Below, one piece after another: positions 1-9,690 of a stretch of 64,000 bases of DNA (positions are counted from its first letter, which is position 1; each line of letters begins with the position of its first letter). A program made the translations under genes and the position numbers. The notes beneath the pieces were generated by a model. That model worked only from the letters and a program-made list of their open reading frames with translations, was not told the origin of the DNA and ran no database searches. The DNA comes from an uncultured Methanosarcinales archaeon (GTDB lineage: Archaea > Nanobdellota > Nanobdellia > Woesearchaeales > JAHJBD01). The stretch lies in the NCBI GenBank assembly GCA_964534665.1, contig CAZHRT010000004.1:10956-74955 (forward strand), given 5' to 3'.

Positions 1-1
1 C

Positions 2-829
2 CTTTTTGAAATCTTAAAAGAAAATATAGCAAAACCAAAAACACTTGGCCTTGAAGGGAATATATTTAGTATTTCTGCTTTAAAAGAATTAAAAAAGAAC
101 TTCAAAAAAATTAAAATTCAAGATATCACAAATTCTTGTTTAAAAATAAGGGAAATCAAAACAAAAAATGAGATACAAATTATTAAAAAAGGGTGTAATA
201 TCACTGACACAATATTACAAGATTGTATAAACAAAATTACTAGGTTTAAAACAGAAGCACAAGTAAAAGCATACCTTGAATACAAAACAAAATTACAAAG
301 TGCAGAACTTTCCTTTCCAACAATTGTTGCTTCAGGAAAAAATTCTTCCATGGCGCACCATTTAACAGAAGAAGACAAATTAAAGAATGGATTTTGTGTT
401 ATTGATTATGGGATAAGATACAAAGGTTATTGTACAGATATAACAAGAACAATCTACATTGGAAAACCAAATAAAAAAGAAGTTCAAGCTTACAATTTAG
501 TCTTAAATGCTCAAGAAAGTGCAATAAAACAAGTAAAGCCAAAAGCAAAATGTTCAGAAATTTACCAAATTGCACAAAAAGAATTAAAATCATATGCAAA
601 ATACTTTAATCATGGCCTTGGTCATGGAATTGGTGCAAATATACACGAACTGCCAAATTTATTTTTAGAATCTAAAGACATTCTAAAAGAAAATATGGTA
701 TTTACAATTGAACCTGGAACTTATCCAAAAAATTTTGGTATTAGAATCGAAGATGATGTTCTTGTTACAAAAAAAGGCTACGAAGTTTTAACAAAAACTA
801 CAAAAAAGCTCATAATAAAGAGGAGATAA
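2..829 (+). CDS. Xaa-Pro aminopeptidase / M24 family metallopeptidase (5' partial, continues upstream of the window)
   Basis: Frame is open from nt 2 with no stop. The C-terminal half has the M24 pita-bread motifs (HGLGHGIG, EPG, IRIEDD). The ORF-track start at 350 is an internal Met. Confidence 0.75.
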   Translation, partial: LFEILKENIAKPKTLGLEGNIFSISALKELKKNFKKIKIQDITNSCLKIREIKTKNEIQIIKKGCNITDTILQDCINKITRFKTEAQVKAYLEYKTKLQSAELSFPTIVASGKNSSMAHHLTEEDKLKNGFCVIDYGIRYKGYCTDITRTIYIGKPNKKEVQAYNLVLNAQESAIKQVKPKAKCSEIYQIAQKELKSYAKYFNHGLGHGIGANIHELPNLFLESKDILKENMVFTIEPGTYPKNFGIRIEDDVLVTKKGYEVLTKTTKKLIIKRR

Positions 830-830
830 A

Positions 831-2615
831 ATGAAGAAATATAATGATGCAACATTCTACAAAGAAGTAAACTATTATAAAAAAGAACTAGGGAATAAAG
901 TTAAAGACAAAGTAGTTTTTGTTGTTATAAAATTAAAAAACAAAAAAGCATTCTATAGTATTGCCCCCCTTTCAATGGCAATCCATGAACTAGATGGGGA
1001 AATGCAGGTCATTGTTGAAGATTCAGATTCAAAAGGTTATGATTTATTAAAAGAAGTTTGGCACGTTGACAGAGATTATGAAAGAAGGTTAAAAACCAAA
1101 AAAGTAGCTGCTCTTAGGGCTTTTATCAACTCTGTAAACAAAAGAACAAAAACTAAAGTATTCAAAAACATCTTCAAAAAACCTGAAATATTACTTGAAG
1201 CAAATGAAGAATCATTTAGGGGCACTTTTGATTTACATTATCAAAACAAATGGCATAAACAATACAGATGGAAAGAACTGGTCGATACTTGTAATCAAAT
1301 ACTAACACAAGGTTATGATTTAAAGAAAACTGACAAATTAAGCATAGGTTTTGTTTTAGTTCCCAAAAAAGAAAAACTTACTCTTCCACTAGAAGATTAT
1401 TTAGATTCATTTTCAATTGCATATGCAACTGCCATGGCTGCCAAAAAGAAAAAAGCAAGTGCTTCTTTAGGTTCAAGTACAAACAAATGGTCTTTATTAG
1501 CTAGGCCTGTTAGAACAGCAGACCTTGCAGCAACATTAAAAGGTTGTGAACTAGACAAAAATGTTGATGAAGAAGTTTTCAAAAAATTCAAAGAGTTTTC
1601 TAAAATTATGAAGTTAGATAGAATGAAATTTCCAACAGCTGCATTTGGTATTCATGCTAAAGGATATTTTGGAAAACATTTCTTTGGCGATCAAATAGGA
1701 TATCCCACATTAGATAAAAAAACTAGATGGAGTTCTGCTGGTCAAATGATGCTTAAAGATCCTTACTCCCCACAAACAAGACTAGAAAAACGGGACCCAA
1801 TGATGCGTTATGGTATAACAGAAACCCTGCCACTAGACATTTTCATAGAAACATGTAATATTGATTATAATATATTAAGAAAAAGAAGTGAAAAGATTAG
1901 AGATACTTTAAAGACCTGCGAAAAAATAAGGGTCATCGGAAACCACATTGATGGATATAAAACAGACTTTACAGTAAATTTATTATCCAAAAAAGGGGAA
2001 ATTAAAGACTTTATTTCTTCTGATTGTGATGTTAGAACTAAAATTGATCAAGAATTCTTTGAAAAAACTGGAATTAAAGCAGGGGCTTTTGCAAATTTTC
2101 CAAGTGGTGAAGCTTTTGTTACTCCTGGCGGAATGTCTGGCATAATGGTTGGAGACGTAGTAATCAATGTAGATTCTAGCTATAGGCTCCCAAAAGGTCA
2201 ACCAATAGTTGTAGAGTTTCATAAAAAGGGCTATAAGATAATTAAAGCACCAAAAAAAATATTTGATGTTATGAAACGTGAATTAAAAGAAGCTCGTCAA
2301 AAAATAACAGATTATGAAAAATCTAAAAGCCTTCCAAAAGAGATAGTAAATATTTACAAAGAAAATTTTAATCTGGTTGGTGAATTTGCGATCAATACAA
2401 ATCCTAAAGCAAAATTATGTGATTATTTAATTGTAAATGAAAAAATTGCTAGAATGATACATGTTGCTCTTGGATCTGGTTTTGAAGCACATAGAAAAAC
2501 ATTATATCATTGGGATATTGTAGTTGATTCACCAAGACAAAAACTAGACATATATGGAATAGATAAAAATAAAAAAATTCATTGGATAATCAAAAAAGGA
2601 GATTTTGTTATATGA
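831..2615 (+). CDS. M29 (AmpS/aminopeptidase T)-like protein with ~300-aa N-terminal extension of unknown function
   Basis: The C-terminal ~250 aa (GEAFVTPGG..., EFAINTNP, HVALGSG, HWDIV) are paralogous to the downstream M29 aminopeptidase. The N-terminal half has no recognisable family. Confidence 0.5.
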   Translation: MKKYNDATFYKEVNYYKKELGNKVKDKVVFVVIKLKNKKAFYSIAPLSMAIHELDGEMQVIVEDSDSKGYDLLKEVWHVDRDYERRLKTKKVAALRAFINSVNKRTKTKVFKNIFKKPEILLEANEESFRGTFDLHYQNKWHKQYRWKELVDTCNQILTQGYDLKKTDKLSIGFVLVPKKEKLTLPLEDYLDSFSIAYATAMAAKKKKASASLGSSTNKWSLLARPVRTADLAATLKGCELDKNVDEEVFKKFKEFSKIMKLDRMKFPTAAFGIHAKGYFGKHFFGDQIGYPTLDKKTRWSSAGQMMLKDPYSPQTRLEKRDPMMRYGITETLPLDIFIETCNIDYNILRKRSEKIRDTLKTCEKIRVIGNHIDGYKTDFTVNLLSKKGEIKDFISSDCDVRTKIDQEFFEKTGIKAGAFANFPSGEAFVTPGGMSGIMVGDVVINVDSSYRLPKGQPIVVEFHKKGYKIIKAPKKIFDVMKRELKEARQKITDYEKSKSLPKEIVNIYKENFNLVGEFAINTNPKAKLCDYLIVNEKIARMIHVALGSGFEAHRKTLYHWDIVVDSPRQKLDIYGIDKNKKIHWIIKKGDFVI

Positions 2616-3535
2616 AGTTTGCAGCAAACATACTAAAAAATAGTATGGGTCTTAAAAAAAATGAAAGTTTAGTCATAATTTATGATAAAAACAAAAAATA
2701 TATTGCTCAATCATTTCTAGATGCTGGTAAAAATATTGCTAAAGAAACTAATTTCATAAGTATGCCTGTTGCAAAAGCAAATGGGGAAGAACCACCAAAA
2801 AGAATTGCAGAAGCAATTAAACAGGGCGATGTTGCCCTTTTAATAACAACAAAATCATTATCACATACTATTGCTAGAAGAAACGCATCAAAAAGTGGTT
2901 GCAGAATTGCGAGCATGCCAGGTATCACAGAAGGTATGGCATTAAGAACACTTTCTGCTGATTATTCTGATATTAAAAAACAATGTAATAATGCTTCAAA
3001 AAAAATAACTGGAAAAAAAGTAGAATTAATAACAAAAAAAGGAACACTTTTCACAACATATACTAATAGATTATTCCAAGATACTGGAATTTATAAAAAA
3101 AAAGGTGACTTTGGAAATTTACCAGCTGGAGAAGTGGGATTTGCTCCAAAAGAAGGTAAATCAAACGGAGTAATAATCATTGATAAAAGTATGGCTGGAA
3201 TTGGTTTACTTAAAGATCCAATAAAATTAATTGTAAAAAATGGTTTTGTTACAGAGATACAAGGAAAAGAAGAAGCTAAAAAACTAAGGGCATTACTAAA
3301 GAAATTTAACAATAAAAAGGTTTACAATATTGCTGAATTTGCAATCGGATTAAACAAAAAAGCAAAAATAACAGGTAATGTATTAGAAGATGAAAAAGTT
3401 TACAATACAGTACATATTGCTATTGGAGATAACACGAGTTACCCTGGTGGCAAAACACCTGCCCCTACACACTTAGATGGGGTTATTTCAAAACCAAAGA
3501 TATATATAGATAAAAAACTTATCAAAATCAACTAA
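2612..3535 (+). CDS. Aminopeptidase, M29 (AmpS/PepS) family
   Basis: GNLPAGEV, HIAIGDN and HLDGV motifs. The start was moved to the ATG at 2612 (MKFAANILK), which has a GGAG 7 nt upstream; the track start at 2582 is less likely. Confidence 0.7.
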   Translation: MKFAANILKNSMGLKKNESLVIIYDKNKKYIAQSFLDAGKNIAKETNFISMPVAKANGEEPPKRIAEAIKQGDVALLITTKSLSHTIARRNASKSGCRIASMPGITEGMALRTLSADYSDIKKQCNNASKKITGKKVELITKKGTLFTTYTNRLFQDTGIYKKKGDFGNLPAGEVGFAPKEGKSNGVIIIDKSMAGIGLLKDPIKLIVKNGFVTEIQGKEEAKKLRALLKKFNNKKVYNIAEFAIGLNKKAKITGNVLEDEKVYNTVHIAIGDNTSYPGGKTPAPTHLDGVISKPKIYIDKKLIKIN

Positions 3536-3573
3536 AACAAACGTTTTTATATTTTGAGGTATTACCCAAAACA

Positions 3574-4719
3574 ATGCAATCTAAAGACAAAGATATTGTT
3601 GATAGCGTTATATATTCTTACACTGCTAATAACAATAGACTTGAAGAAGAAAACAAGCTTCTAAAAGAAACAATCAACCATTTACAAAATGAGGTCCAAA
3701 AATTTAAGACCCCTCCTTTAATGGTTTGTGAAGTTAGATCAATTACAGGAGAAACCGCAATAATCAAGATTCCAAACGGAAACCAATTCTCAGTTTATAT
3801 TTCAGATCAATGTAAAAATTTAAAGTCTGGGGACGTTGTTCTTGCAGAACAAAAAAACTTAACAATCATCGATAAGATAGAAGTTACTAAAACCTTTGAT
3901 GTTGAAAGTTTTGTAATAATCGAAAAACCTAATGTTTCTTGGGCCGCTGTTGGTGGATTAAAACAACAAATAAATGAAATAAAAGAAGTAATTGAACTTC
4001 CACTTAAGAAACCTAAACTATTCAAAGAATTAGGTATTAAACCGCCAAAAGGAATTTTACTTTATGGTCCGCCAGGAACAGGAAAAACTTTAATGGCAAA
4101 GGCTGTTGCAGCTTCAACAAACTCCACATTTATTGAAATTGTTGGTTCAGAACTTGTTCAAAAATTTATTGGTGAAGGTGCAAAACTTGTTAAAGAAATT
4201 TTTGAATTAGCACGAAAAAAAGCGCCAGCAGTAATATTTATTGATGAAATCGATGCATTAGCAGGAACAAGAATGGAAGTTGGAACTTCTGGCGAAAGAG
4301 AAGTAAACAGAACATTTATGCAATTGCTTGCAGAAGTTGATGGTTTTGCCCCATTAGATAATGTTAAACTTATCGGTGCAACAAATAGAAAAGATGTTCT
4401 TGATCCGGCAATATTAAGACCAGGTAGATTAGATAGATTAATTTACGTTCCAGTACCAAAAAAAGAATCAAGAATAGAGATATTTAAAATACATTCTAAA
4501 AGAATGCCATTAGATAATGATGTTGTTATAGATTCATTAGTTGAAAAAATGGATGGTTTCTCAGGAGCTGAAATCAATGCGGTCTGTACAGAAGCAGGAT
4601 ATTTTGCAATCCGTGAAAACAGAAAAAAAGTACATAAAAAAGATTTTATAAATGCTATACATAAAGTTGCCCAAAGCGAAAAATTAGAAGGTCAAGATTA
4701 CATGAACATGTTTGGCTAA
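3574..4719 (+). CDS. pan: Proteasome-activating nucleotidase (AAA+ ATPase)
   Basis: N-terminal coiled coil, OB domain, Walker A GPPGTGKT, Walker B IIFIDEIDA, second region of homology, C-terminal hydrophobic-Tyr-X-like tail. A TTTATATT box sits ~20 nt upstream of the ATG. Confidence 0.9.
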   Translation: MQSKDKDIVDSVIYSYTANNNRLEEENKLLKETINHLQNEVQKFKTPPLMVCEVRSITGETAIIKIPNGNQFSVYISDQCKNLKSGDVVLAEQKNLTIIDKIEVTKTFDVESFVIIEKPNVSWAAVGGLKQQINEIKEVIELPLKKPKLFKELGIKPPKGILLYGPPGTGKTLMAKAVAASTNSTFIEIVGSELVQKFIGEGAKLVKEIFELARKKAPAVIFIDEIDALAGTRMEVGTSGEREVNRTFMQLLAEVDGFAPLDNVKLIGATNRKDVLDPAILRPGRLDRLIYVPVPKKESRIEIFKIHSKRMPLDNDVVIDSLVEKMDGFSGAEINAVCTEAGYFAIRENRKKVHKKDFINAIHKVAQSEKLEGQDYMNMFG

Positions 4720-4721
4720 GC

Positions 4722-5009
4722 TTAATATAATGTTGCTTGTGCATAAGGAACATCTTTAATCTTTAAAACATTATCTTCAGATATATGTCCTAGTTTTATT
4801 CCTAAAGCAACAGATTCTTCACCAACCAAATTTAAAATATCTCCAGAATTTATAGCAAGAATAGCTTTTTCTCCATTAACCTCAATACCATTATAAAAAT
4901 TAGAAGACAAATCAAGAAAATGGTTTTTCTCCTCAAAAATTTTACCAAGAAGGTTTGAATCAACTAAAGCAATAATTGTTCTATCCCCCTTATGTATTTT
5001 TAAGATCAT
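4722..5009 (-). CDS. Conserved archaeal hypothetical protein (DUF424-like, ~95 aa)
   Basis: ORF only. The 4-nt overlap with the aIF2-beta stop suggests co-transcription. The family name is from memory and not verifiable here. Confidence 0.4.
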   Translation of the reverse strand: MILKIHKGDRTIIALVDSNLLGKIFEEKNHFLDLSSNFYNGIEVNGEKAILAINSGDILNLVGEESVALGIKLGHISEDNVLKIKDVPYAQATLY

Positions 5010-5416
5010 ATTTTTGCTTTAACAGGATATTTTGAACCACAAGCCATACATTTAATATTTGCAAAACCGCCATCTTTTTCAATTTTAGTGTCTGGTTTTC
5101 CACATTCTGCACATAAAACAAACTCATCAGCATATTTTCTTATTTTTTCATTTATTCTAGCTGCAGGTATTTTAGAACCAATAATCACAGAACCATTTTT
5201 TTTAACTTCGCCAGGTGTTGCTAACTCCTTTAAAACAAATTTAAGCATATGTTCAACAGGTCGTCTTAATGTATCTGCGATTTGTATAAAATTACTTAAA
5301 ATAGTTTTATTTCCCTGAACATGTCCTCTTACTTTAGGTACTTCAAAACGCTCTTTTTCAAATACTGAATCAGGAAGTTCTTTTCTTGCTTTTTTTAATA
5401 GTTCTTTATAATCCAT
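5006..5416 (-). CDS. eif2b: Translation initiation factor 2 subunit beta (aIF2-beta)
   Basis: MDYKELLKKA N-terminus typical of aIF2-beta, plus a C-terminal CxxC...CxxC zinc ribbon (CAECGKPDT...CMACGS). The start was moved to Met37 of the track ORF because the upstream 36 aa look non-genic. Confidence 0.85.
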   Translation of the reverse strand: MDYKELLKKARKELPDSVFEKERFEVPKVRGHVQGNKTILSNFIQIADTLRRPVEHMLKFVLKELATPGEVKKNGSVIIGSKIPAARINEKIRKYADEFVLCAECGKPDTKIEKDGGFANIKCMACGSKYPVKAKI

Positions 5417-5492
5417 ATTTAAATGAAAACTTATGAACATATATAAATTTATGCACCAAAAACTATTTAAACCACATAAATAAGTAACATTC

Positions 5493-6311
5493 ATGGTTTT
5501 AGAGTCGTTAATTAATCCATTCAAAGCTGAAAAAAGGCCTTGGGAAATGTTTTTTGTAGGTATATTTTATGCAACAATTGCTTTATTTCTAAGTAGGTGG
5601 ATTTTTCAAGAATATGCGGGTCTTGTAATGGTTTTTTTTACAGTTATTGCTTGTGTCCCATTAATGTATGGCACAATAAAAATGGAAGAGCAAAAAGATC
5701 TTGAAATTAAAAAAGAAAGTAAACTATTAAAAGAACATTGGAGGGCATTATCTTTTTTCACATTTTTATTTTTAGGAATAACTTTAGCATTCTCTTTTTG
5801 GTTTATAGTTTTACCAACACCAATTTCAGAACAAACTTTTGCAATACAATCAGACACTATTGCAAATATCAATAACGGGGTTACTTCAAACGCAACACAA
5901 TTTGGCTATTTTACTAGAATTGTTATGAATAATATAAAAGTCTTAATCTTTGCAATATTATTCTCATTTTTATACGGTGCAGGATCAATATTTATTTTGA
6001 CTTGGAATGGTTCTGTTATAGCGGCAGCAATTGGTAAATTCTTTCAGGTTGGTGCTGCATCTTCTGGTCTAGCTTATATGGCGCCAATGGCTTTAGCAAG
6101 ATATCTTATTCACGGCATACCAGAAATTTTATCTTATTTTGTTGCTGGTTTAGCAGGGGGCATAATTTCGGTTGCAATAATAAATCATGATTTCGCATCC
6201 GAGAAGTTTCAAAGAATTCTTGTAGATTCTACAGATTTATTATTAATTGCTTTTGGATTAATCTTATTTGCCGGTTTCCTTGAAGCATATATAACACCTA
6301 TATTATTCTAA
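5493..6311 (+). CDS. Integral membrane protein (SpoIIM-like / DUF95-type), 6-7 TM helices
   Basis: Hydrophobicity pattern only. Confidence 0.45.
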   Translation: MVLESLINPFKAEKRPWEMFFVGIFYATIALFLSRWIFQEYAGLVMVFFTVIACVPLMYGTIKMEEQKDLEIKKESKLLKEHWRALSFFTFLFLGITLAFSFWFIVLPTPISEQTFAIQSDTIANINNGVTSNATQFGYFTRIVMNNIKVLIFAILFSFLYGAGSIFILTWNGSVIAAAIGKFFQVGAASSGLAYMAPMALARYLIHGIPEILSYFVAGLAGGIISVAIINHDFASEKFQRILVDSTDLLLIAFGLILFAGFLEAYITPILF

Positions 6312-6962
6312 AACTTTAACTTTTCCAGGTTTTACTTCAAAAACTTCTCCTTTTTTTAACAAACTGTTTACTAAAGATTCAGCTTCAGGTATTTCATCTA
6401 CAAGTTCTTGTATTTCTACACCACTTCCTTGATCTTTTTCTTTAATCATGTTATATATATTAAGGGAGGGCGTTTGTTCAATTACTTCTTCGCTTTCTGT
6501 CACTACTTCTGGTTTTACTTCGGCCTTAACTTCAACTTGTTCATCAACTTTTTCCTCTTTTGAAGGCACAATTTCTTTTTGTTGCCGTTGACCAAGTTCT
6601 ACCTTCCTTAACTCAACCCAACCAGAAGATATTTTCTTGATTATTTCTAAAGCAAGGTAAAGTTCATTATCAAATATTCTTGGACGACCAATAATTAAAG
6701 CAAAATCTCCAACTTCAACAGAATTTATCTCTTGATCAAAAGACCTTATTGTTATTCTACCAGAACCATCATCAACAATTGCTTGATTATTATCTTTAGA
6801 TATAATTGTAGCAATAATATTTGCCCTTGCTATTTCTAAATCATTCAATTTAATAAAATTTGAAGACCATTCTCCTTCCTGTTTAACATATTCTCCTTCT
6901 AAAATATCTTTAACCATAACTTTGTATGCTATGTTTCTTTTTATTTCTGCCATTCTTATCAA
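6303..6962 (-). CDS. RPA32-like OB-fold ssDNA-binding protein with C-terminal winged helix (replication protein A middle subunit-like)
   Basis: OB-fold signature DDGSGRITIRSF...VGDFALIIGRP, an acidic linker, and a C-terminal wH-like block. The start overlaps the MCM stop (ATGA), so this is an operon with mcm. Confidence 0.5.
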   Translation of the reverse strand: MIRMAEIKRNIAYKVMVKDILEGEYVKQEGEWSSNFIKLNDLEIARANIIATIISKDNNQAIVDDGSGRITIRSFDQEINSVEVGDFALIIGRPRIFDNELYLALEIIKKISSGWVELRKVELGQRQQKEIVPSKEEKVDEQVEVKAEVKPEVVTESEEVIEQTPSLNIYNMIKEKDQGSGVEIQELVDEIPEAESLVNSLLKKGEVFEVKPGKVKVLE

Positions 6963-8962
6963 ATCTTACTTAAAAAACCCCTTCTAGGTTCAAACAAATC
7001 TCCAGAACGTTTGAGTTTTTGAATAACCTCTTCAACTTTTGCTTCTTCAATGCCTTTTTCTTTTGCTTCAGCAATAACATCCTCAATTGGAACTGTTTTT
7101 CCAACTTTTTTCTCTAATTCGGTTATTATTTGTTTTATTGTTACAATATGGCTTCTTTGAGAAGCAGTTATTCCAGTTGAAATACGATCAATATCAATTT
7201 TTCCTGTTTCAGGATCAAGTCCAACTTGTATCAAACAGAAGTTTACAAGATCTATGGCCCTCTTTGAATCTCTTTTAGTTACTGTTTCAGACAATCTAAC
7301 TCTTGCAGAAGCTTCCGAAAGCCTCACCAATGCTTCAAGCTGTCTTGCAGATATTGGAACAGATTTAATTCCTCCTTCCCCTTGTCCAGTTGTTCTCATT
7401 TGAACATAATATTTTTTTATTTCTAAAAGTGCTTCGTCTGTTAAATCTGGCGTTGTTCGTTTTGCATAAGAAATGTATTTTCTTAAAAGCTCTGTTTCAA
7501 TGGGTGGATTTTCAGATAAAGGATTTTTATGTAAACCTAATATATGCGATGCTAATCTTTCATCTTTAACTTCATCTGGAAGATCCTTTATTGGAAATAT
7601 TAAATCAAATCTATTAATTAAAGTTGGTGGCAAGTCAATTTGTTCACCTACAACGGCATAAGGATCAAATCTCCCAAATTTTGGATTTGCTGCTGCTAAA
7701 ACAGTTGTTCTAGCAATAAGTGTTGCTTGAATATTTGCTTTAGATATGCTTACAGTTTGGTTTTCCATTGCTTCATGCATCGCAGCCCTATCTTCAACAC
7801 CAATTTTATCCATCTCATCTATACAACATAATCCATTAGAAGCAAGAACCATTGCTCCTGCTTCTAAACTCCAACCTTTAAGAAATTCATCTTTAACTAC
7901 TGAAGCAGTTAATCCTGCAGCAGAAACTCCCTTTCCAGATACATATCTGGCTTTAGGCGCAATTCTAGCCATTCTTTTTACAAGGGCTGATTTACCAGCC
8001 CCTGGATCTCCAACTAACATAACATGTATGTCTCCCCTACTTCTAACACCATCTTTTCTCTGTTTATGTGACCCACCCATTAATTGTAAAACTAAAGCAT
8101 CCTTAATTTTTTCATGGCCATAAATAGAGGGTGCAATACTTGCAGACATTTTTTCATATATTTCTGGATCTCTTGAAAGTTCTTTAATTTCTTCTTCTTC
8201 TTCTTCAGAAATTACTAATTGAAGAAAGTTTTCTTCCTTTGGTTCAACATAATTTGCTTCAATAAGTAAATCAAATCTTGTAGATTTAGCACCAGTTCTT
8301 AAGACAATTGGTACTTCTTTGATTGACCCAACAATTCCAATTTTAGAACCTGGGCTTGTTTTTTTCTCGCTAAGTGGACTAACTAAATCATCTTTAAGAA
8401 AAACATTCATACGTTTAGGTTGTTCACCACCATCCAAATCTTCAGCAGCTTCTTCTAAAACAATTCCTTGAGCATCAACAAGTTCTTTACTAATTAACCT
8501 AAATTTACCTTTCCTTCCACACCCACACCTAGAAGGCTCTTTAAAAGCAGTATCTAATTGTAAAACATTTATAACATTACCACAAGAAGGACATTCAAAC
8601 TTTGCAGAAGTTACTTGTGGCCTAACATCTGATTTTTGACGAACAACCCCATCTATAGTAAATAATTTGTTAATATGTGTACTTCTAATATTCCTAACCA
8701 TAATTTTTTGACTTTCAGGTAAATTTTTAAATCTAGCTTTAAAATCAGAAACATCAAAATGTTCAAGTGCAAGTTCAAATGCTTTAATTGTTTCTTCTGG
8801 TTGATCAAGTACAATACCTGCTAAATCAGGATTAAATTTAGAAAGTGTTGCAAAATCCGCTACCAAAAATTTATGGCCTTTTTGATTAGATTTTAAAAGT
8901 TCTTCTAAATAATTAGATTCTACAAAATCAATGAATTTTTTTATTTGTTCATCTGCTTCCAT
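6959..8962 (-). CDS. mcm: Minichromosome maintenance replicative helicase
   Basis: Zinc finger CPSCGN...CGCG, Walker A GDPGAGKS, Walker B CCIDEMDK, arginine finger region, C-terminal wH. Confidence 0.95.
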   Translation of the reverse strand: MEADEQIKKFIDFVESNYLEELLKSNQKGHKFLVADFATLSKFNPDLAGIVLDQPEETIKAFELALEHFDVSDFKARFKNLPESQKIMVRNIRSTHINKLFTIDGVVRQKSDVRPQVTSAKFECPSCGNVINVLQLDTAFKEPSRCGCGRKGKFRLISKELVDAQGIVLEEAAEDLDGGEQPKRMNVFLKDDLVSPLSEKKTSPGSKIGIVGSIKEVPIVLRTGAKSTRFDLLIEANYVEPKEENFLQLVISEEEEEEIKELSRDPEIYEKMSASIAPSIYGHEKIKDALVLQLMGGSHKQRKDGVRSRGDIHVMLVGDPGAGKSALVKRMARIAPKARYVSGKGVSAAGLTASVVKDEFLKGWSLEAGAMVLASNGLCCIDEMDKIGVEDRAAMHEAMENQTVSISKANIQATLIARTTVLAAANPKFGRFDPYAVVGEQIDLPPTLINRFDLIFPIKDLPDEVKDERLASHILGLHKNPLSENPPIETELLRKYISYAKRTTPDLTDEALLEIKKYYVQMRTTGQGEGGIKSVPISARQLEALVRLSEASARVRLSETVTKRDSKRAIDLVNFCLIQVGLDPETGKIDIDRISTGITASQRSHIVTIKQIITELEKKVGKTVPIEDVIAEAKEKGIEEAKVEEVIQKLKRSGDLFEPRRGFLSKI

Positions 8963-9047
8963 TTTAGTAACCTCAAGAATACTTATTTATTTAGTTTAAC
9001 GTGTTCTTGAGCATACTATCACCTTTTTTAAAAGAAAACAAAAAAAA

Positions 9048-9611
9048 TTATTTAACTTTCTTTAAATTAACAACTAGTTTCTCAACAGCAGCGTGAACTT
9101 CTTTTTCACTTTTTGTTCCAGTACAAACAATCTTCCCATTACTAAATAATAAGAATGTTGCTCTTTTAAATCCTTCTGTTCCGCCAAGTTTATACACCAA
9201 ACCAGGAAATTGTTCAGGCTCATATTCAGTATTTTCAAGTTTCATAGCTAAAGTATTTAGATTAAGGTCCATTCCTATTGCACCAGATGCAACTATGTTT
9301 TGTATTTTAATCTCAGGTTCAATAGTAATCTTAATCTTTATTTTTTCAAGACTTTTAATAATCTTATTAATTGATAATCTTACATTCTCCAAAGTTCGTG
9401 CCCCAGTACAGACTACTTTTCCAGAACTAAAAATTAATGCAGAAGTTTTTGGATCTTTAATTCTAATTACAAGGCCCGGAAACTGTTCAGGATTATATTC
9501 TGTATTAGATAAAGTTGCCGCCATTTTTTCAAGCGGAATGTCATGTTCTAATGAAGTAGAAACAACAATATTAACTACTTCTATATTACTTTTGGTTTCT
9601 TTCTTAGCCAT
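9048..9611 (-). CDS. tbp: TATA-box binding protein
   Basis: Two direct TBP repeats (IVNIVVSTSL...FPGLVIRIKDPK... / IQNIVASGAI...FPGLVYKLGG...). Confidence 0.95.
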   Translation of the reverse strand: MAKKETKSNIEVVNIVVSTSLEHDIPLEKMAATLSNTEYNPEQFPGLVIRIKDPKTSALIFSSGKVVCTGARTLENVRLSINKIIKSLEKIKIKITIEPEIKIQNIVASGAIGMDLNLNTLAMKLENTEYEPEQFPGLVYKLGGTEGFKRATFLLFSNGKIVCTGTKSEKEVHAAVEKLVVNLKKVK

Positions 9612-9690
9612 TTTACACCCCCGAAATGTTAAAAAGACTTAATTCCATTTATAAATGGATACTAGTATTTAAAAGCTTTGTTTTTAAACT

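Noticed and set aside
350-829. Treating 350-829 as a complete 159-aa gene
   Set aside because: The reading frame is open back to nt 2 and the upstream residues belong to the same M24 peptidase N-terminal domain. The gene is 5'-truncated by the window edge.
5088-5318. Plus-strand 76-aa ORF inside aIF2-beta
   Set aside because: Antisense to a well-supported conserved gene; no independent support.
5417-5524. 36-aa N-terminal extension of the aIF2-beta ORF (MNGLINDSKTMNVTYLCGLNSFWCINLYMFISFHLN)
   Set aside because: The composition looks non-genic and it would overlap the divergent promoter of the + strand membrane gene. The family N-terminus begins at MDYKELLKKA (5416).
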